From: Girardia tigrina | Taxonomy: Eukaryota | DNA: 64,000 nucleotides | Direction: 5' to 3' | Assembly: GCA_001938485.1 (NCBI GenBank) | Contig: MQRK01231804.1 | Coordinates: 1-64,000, forward strand | Shown here: in pieces, positions 27,554 through 40,299 of the stretch | Position numbering within the stretch: the stretch's first letter is position 1 | How the letters are laid out: each line of letters begins with the position of its first letter | Translations under genes and position numbers: made by a program | Notes under the pieces: model-generated | What the model was told of the DNA's origin: nothing | Seen by the model: the letters and a program-made list of their open reading frames with translations, nothing else | Database searches by the model: none

Positions 27554-27771
27554 TATCTATGCTTTTTGGAATGGAAGAGTGCTCTACAGTAAAGTTACCT
27601 TTCCAATATTCGAACTGTTAAGCTTTCAATCTCTTTCCTCATGTACATGATTTATTTCTGGCAATTCTAACACCTTGAACTAATTTTTAACTTTAATTTT
27701 GATGATTGTTCCTTCATTAAAAATTTCCTTGAGATCATGAAATGATTGTGAAGTATTTTATTTTTTTAGTT

Positions 27772-28281
27772 ATTAAAAACACCAATATGGGTTTTCGAAC
27801 ATTTATTTTCAATACAATTTGAATTTTCCTTTGAAAAACTCTCAGCCAAGCTTTCAGAATTTGACATCGTTCTAAATTGATAAATTTTTTTTATATTTTT
27901 TAATAAACAATTATTCGAAAAAATTTTCATCATTTTCAGATTTTATTTTAATTATAAGATTTTAGTAATAATTTTATCTACATATTAATTTTATTTAAAA
28001 AATGATTTTATTTAAAGAAAAAACATTTAATTAATCAATTTGAATATTAGTTAAAAGTTATTTACTTTATTTAAATTTTTAATATTAAAATTTGAATCGA
28101 TTTAATATTTTTAAAGTTTTTAAAATACCTTGTGCTGTAATTTAAAATGTAAATTATGCTCGAATAACCATTTATCGTGAACATCCAAAATATCAATTTT
28201 CCATCTGGGTGGGAGAAACACATTTCCAACACATTTCAACATACCAATTTCAACATACCAAGTTTTAAAATATTCCTCACA
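27772..28281 (-). repeat. Inverted copy of 16996-17500
   Basis: See the partner feature; the outer end is CCTCACA. Confidence 0.9.
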
Positions 28282-29499
28282 TTAGTGATAGAGTTAATAT
28301 GACAAATATGATGTGATTATTTAATAAATAACATTATTTTAATCTAAAAAAAATAAATATATTTGTGAATTAAAAAAATAAGGGTCACGTAAAAATCCGC
28401 AATAATTTTGCATGAACCTAATCTTCCTATTTCTTTATTCTTTTTCAATGGTTAAGGACATCATTCGTGTTTTGAACATCTAAATCATTTATTTTCAAAA
28501 ATTTCATACCTTTAAAATGGTTTTCTTTTGTAAGTTTTGATTAAAAGAAATTGTTGTTCCAAATAATTTATTTATTATTAAGAAAAATTAATGAGACCTC
28601 AAATTCATTTATAATTTCTCATACTCAAATGAAAGATGCTTGTTCATAAAAGAAAATAAATTAATTAAATTAAATATTTAATTAAAATTAAAAAAGCATT
28701 TATTGAAGTAGAATGTGTAAAAATAAATCATCTATCAGAGAATTTTTTTTCGATCTTTAATTGAGAAAAAAATTTCCGTCCTTTGAGTAATTTTGTATAA
28801 TAACATTCCCTTTGAAACTATTAAAAGTTTGAACTTTTTTAAACCATATTTTAGATCGTTTTCGTTTTTTATATGGAAATATCAATTAAATAAAGCGACA
28901 TTTGTTTCTGTAGCTTTCAACATAAATACAACATTTCCTATATATAATCCAGAAATACAAGATAAGAATATTTACAGGAATAATTATAAAATTACTGATA
29001 AAAATAATCTTTTAATCAAGTAGAAGGATTAAAAATTATCAGTAAAATTGTTTCAGAATGAGATGTGTTATCTTTGTTTGTCAATGGCTTCATTTTGTCA
29101 AAGATTAAACGATCAATAATATTTAAAAAAATAATAAATAATTACAATGCCTCTTGTTTCAAATATTTTACTTGAATTTTTTATTTATATTTATTATTTT
29201 TATTTATACTTTGAAAAATTCGCACCCACCTTTGCCTTAATTACAATCCGTTTGTTCGAATTTAATGTTTCAAAACTGTAAATCGTTTGTATTTGAATGA
29301 AAATATCGCTGATCTGTTTTAAACCGATGCTTGCTGCTTTTTATAAATAAGTCTATGAAAAATTAATAATTTCTTACATAAAAAATTAATTAAAAAAATA
29401 TTATTTGAATTTAAATTTTGTTAAATTGCTTACTCTAACAAAGGTGTCTTTGTTCAGGTTATTATTCAGGTTGTTTAAATTGGTCGACCAATCAGAGTG

Positions 29500-29860
29500 A
29501 ACTTCGTGATTTTTTTGAATTTTAAAAATTCAATTTTTATGAACTTCAATCAAAATTTTGTGAGTCGATTCATCGAGATTTTTTTTTCGAATAATAATCG
29601 AATTTTTTTATGAATCGAATCAAATTACGATTTATTTTTGAACGACAATTGTTAGCAAGAATTAACTGAATTATTTTAAACGATGTTATTTTCTTAAGGA
29701 TTTTGAATTCTGAAAGATCGATTTATTCGAATAAGATTATTTTAAACGAATTGTACCTGAACGAATTTTATTTTTAGCAATAATCATATTTGATGTATAT
29801 AGTCGAATTTACTGTTTTTGAATCGACTTGGTTTTAAACTGAAATTTGAATTTAATTTTG
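29500..29860. repeat. Degenerate short-period tandem array of CGA(A)TTT-containing units
   Basis: Recurring CGAATT/CGATTT cores at roughly 15-bp multiples. Confidence 0.5.
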
Positions 29861-31139
29861 ATTTATAACGAAATATAATAAAGAAAATATCATGATTGTC
29901 AGCTCTAAACTCCAAGAGCCTCGTGACTCTTCTACCACCGTCCGGTCTTCGGGAAACCTGGTGATATAAAGTCTTTTAATGTGGATTTTAAAGACCAAAT
30001 AATAAAACAAAAAAATATAAAAAATATATTTTAATTTTTCAGCACTGAAACACTAATTCATATTTAAAAAAAATCAGAAATTAAAGTTTAATTTTATTTT
30101 TCTAAACTGATTTTTTTATTATATATTTATTAAAAAAATAATTCTTCAGAAAATTTCTTAATTTATACCAAAAAAAAATTTAAATTGCAATTAAAAATTT
30201 ATTTAATAAATTAAAGCAAATTGAAAACCTAAATTCAAACGAAAAATAAAACAAACTTCTCTATTATTTTATTTGGTTTTGTTTTATTTTTATTCTAATT
30301 TTTTATTTTCTAATTCAAAATTAATTTTTATTCAAAAGAAAAATCATTTATTTATTTATTTATTACTTTGATTTAAATAAAAAAAATGGAAAATTATAAA
30401 TATTTCTTTGTTAAATAATTAATTGAATTTCGAAAAAAAATGTTTAGCATACAAAAATAAATTAGCTTTAATTTGTTAGCTTTTTTATAAATTTGTGTAA
30501 ATGTACAATGGAAATTGTTTAATAGAAATAATCAGTCGACCAGAATTGTTAATTATCCTAGAACAACAGAAGAATTACTATCGATTCCAAATGAATTATT
30601 AAAACATAAAAAAAATCTTTTCAAGTGGAAATTTTGTTTTAATAAATGAATTATTTTATATTTTCTTTTCGAAATAAATGAGGATATTTATATATTTATT
30701 GGGCTGTTTAAATCAATCATTACGTTTTCCTGACGAATCTCTCTTTTGGAAATATTATCCCAACTTATCAACTAATCAATTCAACCATAATTAAAACGAC
30801 TTTTAAATGTCACTCCTGCTATAATTGCTTGTAGGACAAGTTGGAAATCTGCGTTTTTCATTAAATCCGGTCTGATGGCAAAACGGATATCGTAAACAAA
30901 ATCCTTATGTCCTCAATTTGTTAATGTCATTTAATGTGCACCTTGGACTGCTTTCGGCAGACAACATAATCATATTATCATTATTATTAATTGGCATTTA
31001 TTAATCAACCATAATCAGTTATAATAAATCTTTATACTAATTATAAAGAAATAATAATATTCTTAATTACTTTTTATCCCAAATTAGAAAATTAATTATA
31101 ACTAAAATACAAGAATAACATTTTCTTATTTTAAAACAA

Positions 31140-31500
31140 TAGAAACGTCATTTTAAATAAATTTAATGATAATATATGTTTCGATGGTTTTACCTTCATC
31201 TTCAGATCACTGATTAATGAACTTATGAAATAAATGTTTATGTGATCTATTGCATCGAAAAATCTTAACAAATTGGTTTCAATGTCGTTTAAATATTAAT
31301 TTTTGGATAGTGAGGTCTAATTAACAATGCTTCAAATGAAACTTGTACAGAATTTTTGAATCATTTATACTGAAATTACATTTACAAGTTGTCCGATGCT
31401 CATCAATATTACTCTTACCTCCTTGATAAGCGTGGTCTTGGACACTTGTACGGAAATGACGGACAGTCTATCCAATGTAGCTCCCATTACATTTAAGTCA
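31140..31500 (-). mobile_element. Penelope-like element 3' fragment (GIY-YIG endonuclease)
   Basis: Minus strand reads KCNGSYIG*TVRHFRTSVQDH...IDEH...CNFSINDSKIL / EALLIRPHYPKIN, followed by a hammerhead-like motif. Confidence 0.8.
31166..31210 (-). ncRNA. Degenerate type I hammerhead ribozyme associated with the Penelope fragment
   Basis: GUGAU-CUGAAGA-UGAAGGUAAAACCAUC-GAAA-CAUAUA-UU-AUCAU. Conserved CUGANGA and GAAA core, 5-bp stem I, imperfect stems II and III. Confidence 0.6.
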
Positions 31501-32365
31501 AAAATCATAAAATATATTTTAAAATTACGTTCTTATTGTTTTATTAAAAAATCTTTTTATATAATTTTAATATTATAATTATCATTTCAACTTTTAAAAT
31601 TTTATTTCTATAAAACAAACCATTGTTTTGAATTAACCGGAAAGAATTTTAATTTTTCTTTTAATTTGTTATCTGTGAACTTTTTATTTATAAGAGGAAA
31701 TTTGAAGGTCCAAAGAACCTCAATTGTTTATCGACTGTCAAAATCCTAAAAAAAATATAATTTTATTTATAATAATAACTATAACGTATTTATCATACAA
31801 TATTAAATACTATTTAACTAAATGATATATAAATTATCCAAACGTGCTACATCCGAACGTTATGTACCGTTATTTTTTATCGTTTGTTTATTTAAGTTGT
31901 TTTCTATTTTTATTTTTTTACTTAATAATTAAATTTATGAAAAATAATTTTAAAATTACTGATATATTATTTATTATTCATGTTTTACTTATTAATTAAT
32001 TTTTGATATGATGTACGTGTAATAATACAATCATTATTGCTTATGAATATCCAAATATGTTCAGAATATGTGGCAAGTAAAAACTGACACTGGGATGAAA
32101 GTGTAAATCTAAAGCACTGTGCCAACTGCATTACGTAGTTTATATTCCCGAAAGGATGTTAGGAAAATAAATACTTTGCTAGGGTAAAGACTTGTCATAT
32201 AAAGACATAGAATATTTGTGCTATTCTCGCGGGACGTGAGAGGAGGCAAACTGAGCTCCTGTGCTCACCAATTCATCCCTGACAGAGACACACATCACCG
32301 ATGACAGAGTGCATTGGCAGCGCTGCAAGGACCGCTTTGCAAGTATTTTATATTGGTTACCACTA

Positions 32366-33673
32366 CAGTGCGTTCCAAAAGTCTGTTCGCACCCATTGAA
32401 ATTTTGATTTATGCTATTTATTAAATTTTTTAATTTGTTTAAATGCTTTAATTTAAATAATTTTAGTAAAATTAAAATTGAAATATCAAGACCATCTTTT
32501 TTTAAAATGAATTAATTAAATGTCTATCTTTTAGATTCAATGACAACTCGAAATATAGATATAAGGTTTAGGATTATTATTGCAGAATTAATGAACGAGG
32601 GTCATTCAACGGGTCGGATACAAGAAATTATGAAGATTAGACATGGTATTGTTGTTTCAAAGCGGGGCATTCAAAAAATTATACATAAGTTCAAGACATT
32701 AGGTACATATGAAGATAAAAAACGTAGTGGACGACCTTCAAAATTACCAAAACGTTCTGAAAGAATTATTCGCCGTATATGCTTGAAAAATAGGTGCATA
32801 TCGATAAGTAAAATAACAGGAGCTTTCAATGCAGCTGGAATAATACATGCATCACGAAGTACAGTGAATAAAATTTTGATAAAGTACGGCTTAAAAAGTC
32901 ATTATGCTGTTTGCAAGCCTTTATTGAATGGAAAGCAACGAAAAAGAAGAGTTGAATGGGCTCGGGATAAACAAAATTGGGACATCGATAAGTGGTCGAA
33001 TGTAGTTTTTAGCGATGAATCTATGTTCCACACATATAGCCACACTCGTAGCGAAATTGTTAGAACGTTTGACAATGAAAGGCTTAGTCACATTTGTACT
33101 AAGAAGGTCCTCCAAAGGGGTTCCCAAGTTCATGTATGGGTATCTTTCTCCAGATTTGGCGTTGGTATCTTAAAACGGATAAATGGAAATTTAAATTCGA
33201 AGAACTATCAAGACTTAATTGTCAATAACATAGACAACATAGGCAATGCTTGGTAGTCCCTCTTCCAAATTTTATATTTCAGCAAGACAATGCACCTTGC
33301 CATCGATCAGCATCAACAATGTCTTTTTTGAAAACAAAGAAGATAAATATTCTTGATTGGCCTGCCAACTCACCAGATGTAAACCCAATTGAGAATTTGT
33401 GGGGTATTATAAAGAGAAAAATAAATAATATGGATACTTTGAATTCAGAGAAAATGTGGATAGAAATACAAAAGTTATGGTACAACATACCAAGTTCTTT
33501 ATGTCGTCGACTTATCGATTCGATGCCGCGAAGGATGTCTTCAATCATCAAGACGAAAGGATACCACACAAAATATTAAAAATAACATTTTTATTTGTAA
33601 ATATAATATTTACTTAGGAAATTTGTATAAGAGATGATTTTTATGGGTGCGAACAGACTTTTGGAATGCACTG
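32366..33673 (+). mobile_element. Tc1 (DD34E) transposon, near intact, 1308 bp
   Basis: 31-bp TIRs CAGTGC(G/A)TTCCAAAAGTCTGTTCGCACCCAT with one mismatch and a TA TSD. Confidence 0.97.
32540..33579 (+). pseudogene. Tc1 transposase with a single frameshift near 33250
   Basis: ORFs 32540-33256 and 33250-33579 contain SGRP, VFSDES, FQQDNAPCH and SPDVNPIENLW, with 34 residues between D and E. Confidence 0.93.
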
Positions 33674-34926
33674 TATTAAGCATATTAAAAGTCGAGGTCT
33701 TCTCAAAACATTTATAACAATATTTATAAAATGATCAATAATTAAAGTATGATATATGAGCTGTTGTTTCTTCAGGTTTTAAAATTATTGCCAATTGTTT
33801 AAAAAATAAAACAATTGTATATCCTATTAATTGCTTAATAACCATGAAATAATAATACAATTTATATTAATAAATTTTAAATTCAAAAAATTCATGTAAA
33901 AAGTTCAATAAAGTCGTGTGTCCTGGAAAGGTTTGGTGTCGCAATACTAGCCAAACATAAAAGTATCTCAAAACAGTCACGAATCCCTCATACATCATTC
34001 AAATATCTCTCACAATCGAATGGAAGTATAAAATTTTGAAGATAGAATAATTCAGAAATTGTTAAAACAATATTAATAGTAAACGAAATTATTATTCTAA
34101 TTATTATTATTCAGTAAATCAAAATACAGTTAGAGATTTTATCAAACCCGAATTAATGGTATTAAATAAAACCTGTACTCTTCAAACAATGGAAATCAAA
34201 CTGATTGCCGTTTTTTGTCGGAATGTCGTGTAAATAATAAAAAGAGAATCAAAAATTTCGAGAAAACCATTCATAGAATTAATTTATTATTTTTCAAAGA
34301 ATTGTCTGTAAATCATTTTTCCACAAATTTTCGGAAATCATGACAATGTCACGATTTTTGATTGGGTTTTCCATCATTAATGGATTTATATAATTATTAT
34401 TAATTTGATATTCTCATTATTCAAACAATTTAACCTAATTAGCAAATTATTTTTTTTTCATTCTTTTTAGAAGTTTTCTTTAAAACTTATTTCTGTTAAT
34501 AATAATGATAATAAATATTAATTATTAAAAATTAATGTATTTATATTATTTATATTTAAATATATATTTTTTATATATGATTAAGTATAATTATTAATAT
34601 AATAATTAAATAAAATATATTTAAAAAAATCAATCTTTGGATTGTTTAATTAATTTGGATTTTTATTATCATAAAACTAAATCGATAATTCATCGCCAAG
34701 TTCTCAATAATCTCCAAGTCAACGAATGCGATTTATTTCTTTTTCAATCTAAATTCAATCCTCGGGTTCCAAATTCTTCTTTCCACTCCGACTAATCTCT
34801 CAATGAATCTTAACCAAAAAATAAAGAATAGTCTAATTCATTACTCCTGCCGAGTAGTAGAAGTCATTGATCGATCCTGATTCCAGATCGTAACGTTGGA
34901 CGTTAGTAATTATCGAAAAGTTACGT

Positions 34927-35147
34927 TTAACTTCTAACTACTAAGATCGTCGTCTTGACGGTTTTTTAATGACATACTCAAAAATTTCGATATAATTTAT
35001 GCATTTTTCTAGAATTTTATGAAGTTTATATTCTTTTATTTATATAAACCAAGCTAAAGGTTAAAATGAAAGTCAGGAAAAAATCCGTCAATTTGACGGG
35101 TGTAGTAAAACTAGGTATATATTTAACGTCGGTAGTTCTAGTTTTAA
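34927..35147. mobile_element. Degenerate piggyBac-like MITE remnant
   Basis: TTAA-flanked ends TTAACTTCTAACTAC...GTAGTTCTAGTTTTAA with internal TTGACGG / CCGTCAATTTGACGG motifs. Confidence 0.35.
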
Positions 35148-35220
35148 TATTTATATAATTAAAGTTCGAAAATCCGCTGACAGATTTTCTAACCTGCTTT
35201 TTACAATTATCATTAATATT

Positions 35221-35477
35221 TTTATAAGTTATTATATGACTTTACTTTTTATTTAAGTTTTAAATTGACAGCTTTTTAATTTCTTTAAAAATTTTATTTT
35301 CGACAATTTTATATTTATATTATTTTTATATTATATTTATATTATTATTTATATTTATATTATTATTATTTTTATAATTTATTATATGACTTTACTTTTT
35401 ATTTAAGTCTTAAATTGACAGCTTTTTAATTTTTTTTTAAATATTATTTTCGTCAATTTTATATTTATATTATTTTC
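35221..35477 (+). repeat. Direct duplication of ~107 bp with period 150
   Basis: TTATATGACTTTACTTTTTATTTAAGT.TTAAATTGACAGCTTTTTAATTT occurs in both copies (35221-35327 and 35371-35477). Confidence 0.9.
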
Positions 35478-36899
35478 ATCACATCTTCATTAACTAATTA
35501 AGGATCAACTGCCATCATTTGATAAAAATGATCTAATCTCCCCTCATATGAGCATATCGAAAAGTAATTGAATCTATTCAAGAATAATCCCATAATCTAG
35601 CCGTAAACGAGTCCTTTCCTTTATTGCCCGTGGCACTGAAATTATGTAAGGATTCATTGTCAATAATTGTGACAGAAAATAAAATTATATAATTAAGAAT
35701 TTTGTTTGTTTGAATTATATTCAAATAATATAAGTTATTATTAAAATAAAACTTATTTTTAAAAATATTTTTTTAAATTATTTTTATATTATTTCAAATA
35801 AATATTTTAATTATTAATAAAAACAAAATAATAACTAATTGAAAAACACTATTTATATTGTAGAAATAATTAAAAAATATAGAAAAATACTTATTATTGA
35901 AGATTTAATTAAAAAAAACATTTTTTTAAATTCTTCAAAATGTAAATTATAAAATATAAAATTCTAAAAAAATAATCATTCGTGATGAACAATTTATCCC
36001 ATAATCTGACAAGGCCCAAAAGGCACGAACTAATTATTTTGATTGCATTTTAATAGTAATTTAATCTTTTCTACTGCGACATAAAAAAAATAATTATCAA
36101 AATATACAATTTCATTTATTTTTAATTATTTGAAACTTTATTTTTTTAAATTTTCTCCCGTGTTTTATTTTAAAAAAAAATATGCGACTATTTATTTATT
36201 TTTTATAAAGCTTTTATACAGATTATTATCATTATTAATCTGATTTAAAAATTAATTAAAATAATTAATATGGAAAAATATTATAATATTTATTTGAAAA
36301 AAAAGGTATTTAAAATAATTAATTTTTCTGGAAATGAATTAAACGTGAAATATAATTTAATGATAATTAATTTTTTTTCTAAAAATAATATTAACAAAAA
36401 TAAAAATATTTTTATCTTATTACTATTATTATTTTTCTAAAAATAAAACTTAGAATTTTTTAATAATATTTATTAACTGTTAATTAATAAATAATATTTT
36501 TTTATTATCAAATACAGATATTTTAGCTGCCATTAAAAAAAATTTATTTAAATAATTAAAAATAAAACAAAAAGAAAATATCTTTCAAGCAGAAAATATG
36601 TTTAATTTTTTTTCAACATTATTTTTTATTTAGAAATTAAATTACAAAATTAATATTGAAAAAGAAAAACAAAATCAGAGAATGAATTTTATTTTCATTT
36701 TTTTTTATCCCTGTCGATAATCATATCTGAGAATAATTGACTATTAAATAATTAATTTGTTTTAAACAATTGTCAGTCATTATTACACAGAAAAACAAAC
36801 TACGTCGATATGATAATTAAAACACTACACATATTTACAATATATTAATTATAATCAATTTGTTTTAGTTAATAGTGATTAAATTTAAATAATCGAAAA

Positions 36900-37520
36900 A
36901 TTTTATTGCTAATATTATTTATGGCTGCGATTGAATTAGGTGCAATAAACCGATTTCTCATTAGTCCAATAAGTTTTTCAAGCATAAAACAAGCGACAGA
37001 ACCGAGAGGATGAGGGTAATTGAATGAAGTGGCACTTGAATCGTACTTATCCGGGAATGAAACATAGCAAATAGTCTCTCTCACTATCTGCAACGAGGCG
37101 AGGGGGGTGCAAAGAGACCAAGTATAATTCCATTTGACTACGAGTGGTGGAGATGGCATATTCGAATGCATGTTATTGTGTAGTAGCTGCCGGCGATTTG
37201 ATGACACAATTCCCCCGGGGGGAAGCTCTGCATCTACGATACTATGGGATTAGCCAGCATGTATTGACTGTTTGCTTCTTGAGGCTATATAGCGAGAGCT
37301 GAGAAGAGACAATATCAGATTTAGTGTTTGATAAATCTCATTATTAGCCATCCACTCATACCGGGGATGAAAGTGGTCACTGTCGAACGATTCCTCAAAT
37401 TGGATTAACCGCTATCAACGCAGTCATTAATCTTCATTCCCGGCTGCTCTAAAACTATCTCACCCTCTTTTCACATAAAACATATAAGTTGATAAATATT
37501 TTTCCTCATCGCCTGCCTCG
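36900..37520. promoter_or_regulatory. GC-richer non-coding island (candidate enhancer)
   Basis: No TE motif or convincing ORF. TTTATGGC, GGATTA (twice) and TCATTA homeodomain-type motifs, flanked by extreme AT tracts. Confidence 0.35.
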
Positions 37521-38039
37521 AACTTCTAAGAATTCTCTAATTGATGAAATCTTGTTGATTTAAAAAAAAAGGAAAATGTTTTTTAATTAGTATTTCTATT
37601 TAATTAGAAAAATATTTTTTATTAATAATTATTTTATATTATTTTGTTTTATTTCTATATTTTTTATTCTTGTAAAAAATAGAATAATATAGAAAAAATT
37701 TATATAATTTTTTATGAATAAAAATAAATAATTATAATGTTGACTACTTTAAATAAAAATTTAAAAAAAAATTAACAAAAATAATTTTCAAATAATTTAT
37801 ATTATATTTATATTTTCGGTAATGACTCTCAGAATGAAAAAAAATGTATATTATTTATAATTTAAATTTCAGATAATTTTGAAGAATATTTATATGGCTT
37901 TTTATAGAAAGTTGGAATGTCATGATGGTTGGTTCCAATTATCCTATTAGTTGTATAATGAAGAATAAATTAAATTAGCGCTAAAATTGTGATCAGAAAT
38001 TTAATGATTTTAGTATAATTATTAAAAAAAACATTAAGT

Positions 38040-38700
38040 AAGTGTAAGGTTTGGGTGAATTTAGAGACTTATATTATAGGTGAAGTCTTTCATGGAGTTC
38101 TTGAAAATCAGGGAACGTTTATCTGCTTAGATCAATCACAAAAGGTCCGTTTTCCAGAATATATATAGTTTGTATCTAAACAACCAATCTGCAATTTTTT
38201 TTCAAAAATAGTATTGAGTCTTCGTCTCTCTATGGGATTTCCCAAAAAGAGTTACTAGGACATTATGGAGCAACCAACATTTCTTTAAAAAACGACCAAT
38301 AGTGAGTTACTATATTACAAAGAAACATTATTTTTGTTTGAATGTCAAAAAGTCTTTAACTTAAGTACAAATCTTTTTGAGATGGGTCGTTTCAGGGTTT
38401 CTGTCGGCTTCATCGTGCTGATATTTGTTTCGAGATGTGTCTTCTGTTTTAAAGTGTAGCTAATATTTCCTCATCAGAGGTTACTGTGTTGAGATACTGA
38501 CGTTCCATCTTCTCTATTATCTCCATTATAGTCATTTTTGCTTGTCTTGATAACTATCCTTGTGTTTTATAGATCATTTAACAATTTCACAGATTAATTA
38601 TTTCTTGCGCTTTGAAATAATTTGCCCTTAGTTTTCTCTTTAAAATGCAATTTTCGCATATTAAAGAGAATTAACTTGTTTCATTAATAGTGAAAAATCA
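38040..38700 (-). pseudogene. Highly decayed retrotransposon integrase-like remnant
   Basis: Broken frames, including KNSMKDFTYNISL..PY, resemble the integrase core region. Weak. Confidence 0.35.
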
Positions 38701-39241
38701 TGTTATAGGAACTCTATGAATAATTATTAACTGTTAACGCTGAGGCACTCTTCGAGTAGTCTTTTTCTCTCATATTTCTTCTTTTCGTGAAAAATTCATC
38801 GTATCTATTGTGCAGATCGTTCCCTAAACGATGCGATAGCTGGAACGCAATGAACATCAATTAATCTGTTTGCTCTAGTGCTTCATCCCCGAACGGAATT
38901 AGCCAGTTTGTCTTGGATTGCCGGATCAATCCGTCCGCATTATGACCCCTCGTGTCTCTGGATCGTTGGTCATCCGAGAACGACTCGACTTTGAGGTGCT
39001 CCTTCCTTAGGCGACATGTACGGGCGCCTTGGATTTATTCCCTTAGCGAAGATAATGGATAAACGGTTTCAGATAGATAGCTTCATTTAAAACGCGACAC
39101 AAAGACGGTAGCGAATAACGCAGACAGATCCATGGTTTATCTCAAGCGAAAACATCGATCGGCACTTTAGCGGTTTTATATAAGTCAGAACAGTCAGACT
39201 CTCATTATCACACGATTTGAGATCGTTGGGCGATGGCGACA
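38701..39241. mobile_element. Possible solo LTR
   Basis: Sharply bounded GC-rich block TGTTATAGG...GGCGACA. No clean TSD. Confidence 0.35.
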
Positions 39242-40299
39242 CATAATTTCATGATTTTAAACCAACTTTTGAAATGTTGCAAAAAGATATTTATTTAAAC
39301 ATATTACAATTTTTAATTTATCACACAATATTGATTTTTTCAAATTTCGAGTTTTTTAGATTTTTTTTTGGATTTTTCTTCTGGCCTCGAATTGCTCTTC
39401 GGTTTTTTGTTGTCATGGGCAGAACAAATGGACAAAACAATATTGTTTTTAATGATTTTTTTCTGAAAAAAAGATTCTGAAAACATTTACAAAGAAGATT
39501 TTTAGATATTTATTGCTTGTAAATATGTAGATATTCTTAAGTAATAAATGAATTAATCAAAAATGTTGATTACATATTCCACGATTATTAGAATTCACGG
39601 ATAAGACTTTCTTGATCTCAAAACTATCATTTAAAAAACTTCTGTATAACCTTTTGAGTTTAAAAAATATGCTCCTTTGCACTGAAAAGACCATTTTTTG
39701 CCTAATACCATAAATAGTTTTATATCTAAAAAGGGTTTCTTAAACCTGTCCAAATTGTACCATTGTAAAAACATCAAATGTACGCTGTGATTAATAAAGA
39801 CTTTTAGACTAAACAAATACACTTATGTTGGGATCCTTGGTTTCTTTGACTCCTGTTCTCACCCAGTCTCATTCCTGTGAGCAGAAAACTCCTCTGGGTC
39901 TGAAATAGAAAAATATATGATTAATAATTATAAAATTTAAATAATAATTAATTAAAAAGAGAAACGTTTACATGGTTTTGAGCCTTGGGGCCTGTTTATT
40001 TAGATTATTTCTCGTGAGGACCTTGGTAGCCTGAATTTTCGATCTTAGTTTGACCAAATATTGACTATCTTCGGGGTTTTACTGTCTGATGATGTTTGAA
40101 TTACTGAATATTGATTGATTAATGACTGTGAAAATGAACTACATGTTAGCTTGAGATTTTTCGTTAGTAAAAAGTAGTATTAATTTGGACTGAACTAGAA
40201 TGAAATTTAACATTTAGTTTAAAAAACCTGAGTGTTTGCTATCTTTTGTCAAATACAGTTTGGGCATTTATTTTATTTTTCACGAATTGGGCAGAGAGT

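Noticed and set aside
27730-27750. bantam-like seed TGAGATCA; also a miR-1-like seed near 22449
   Set aside because: No precursor hairpin and the 3' part does not match.
30730-30760. CUGACGA...GAAA motif
   Set aside because: No stem I or stem II pairing.
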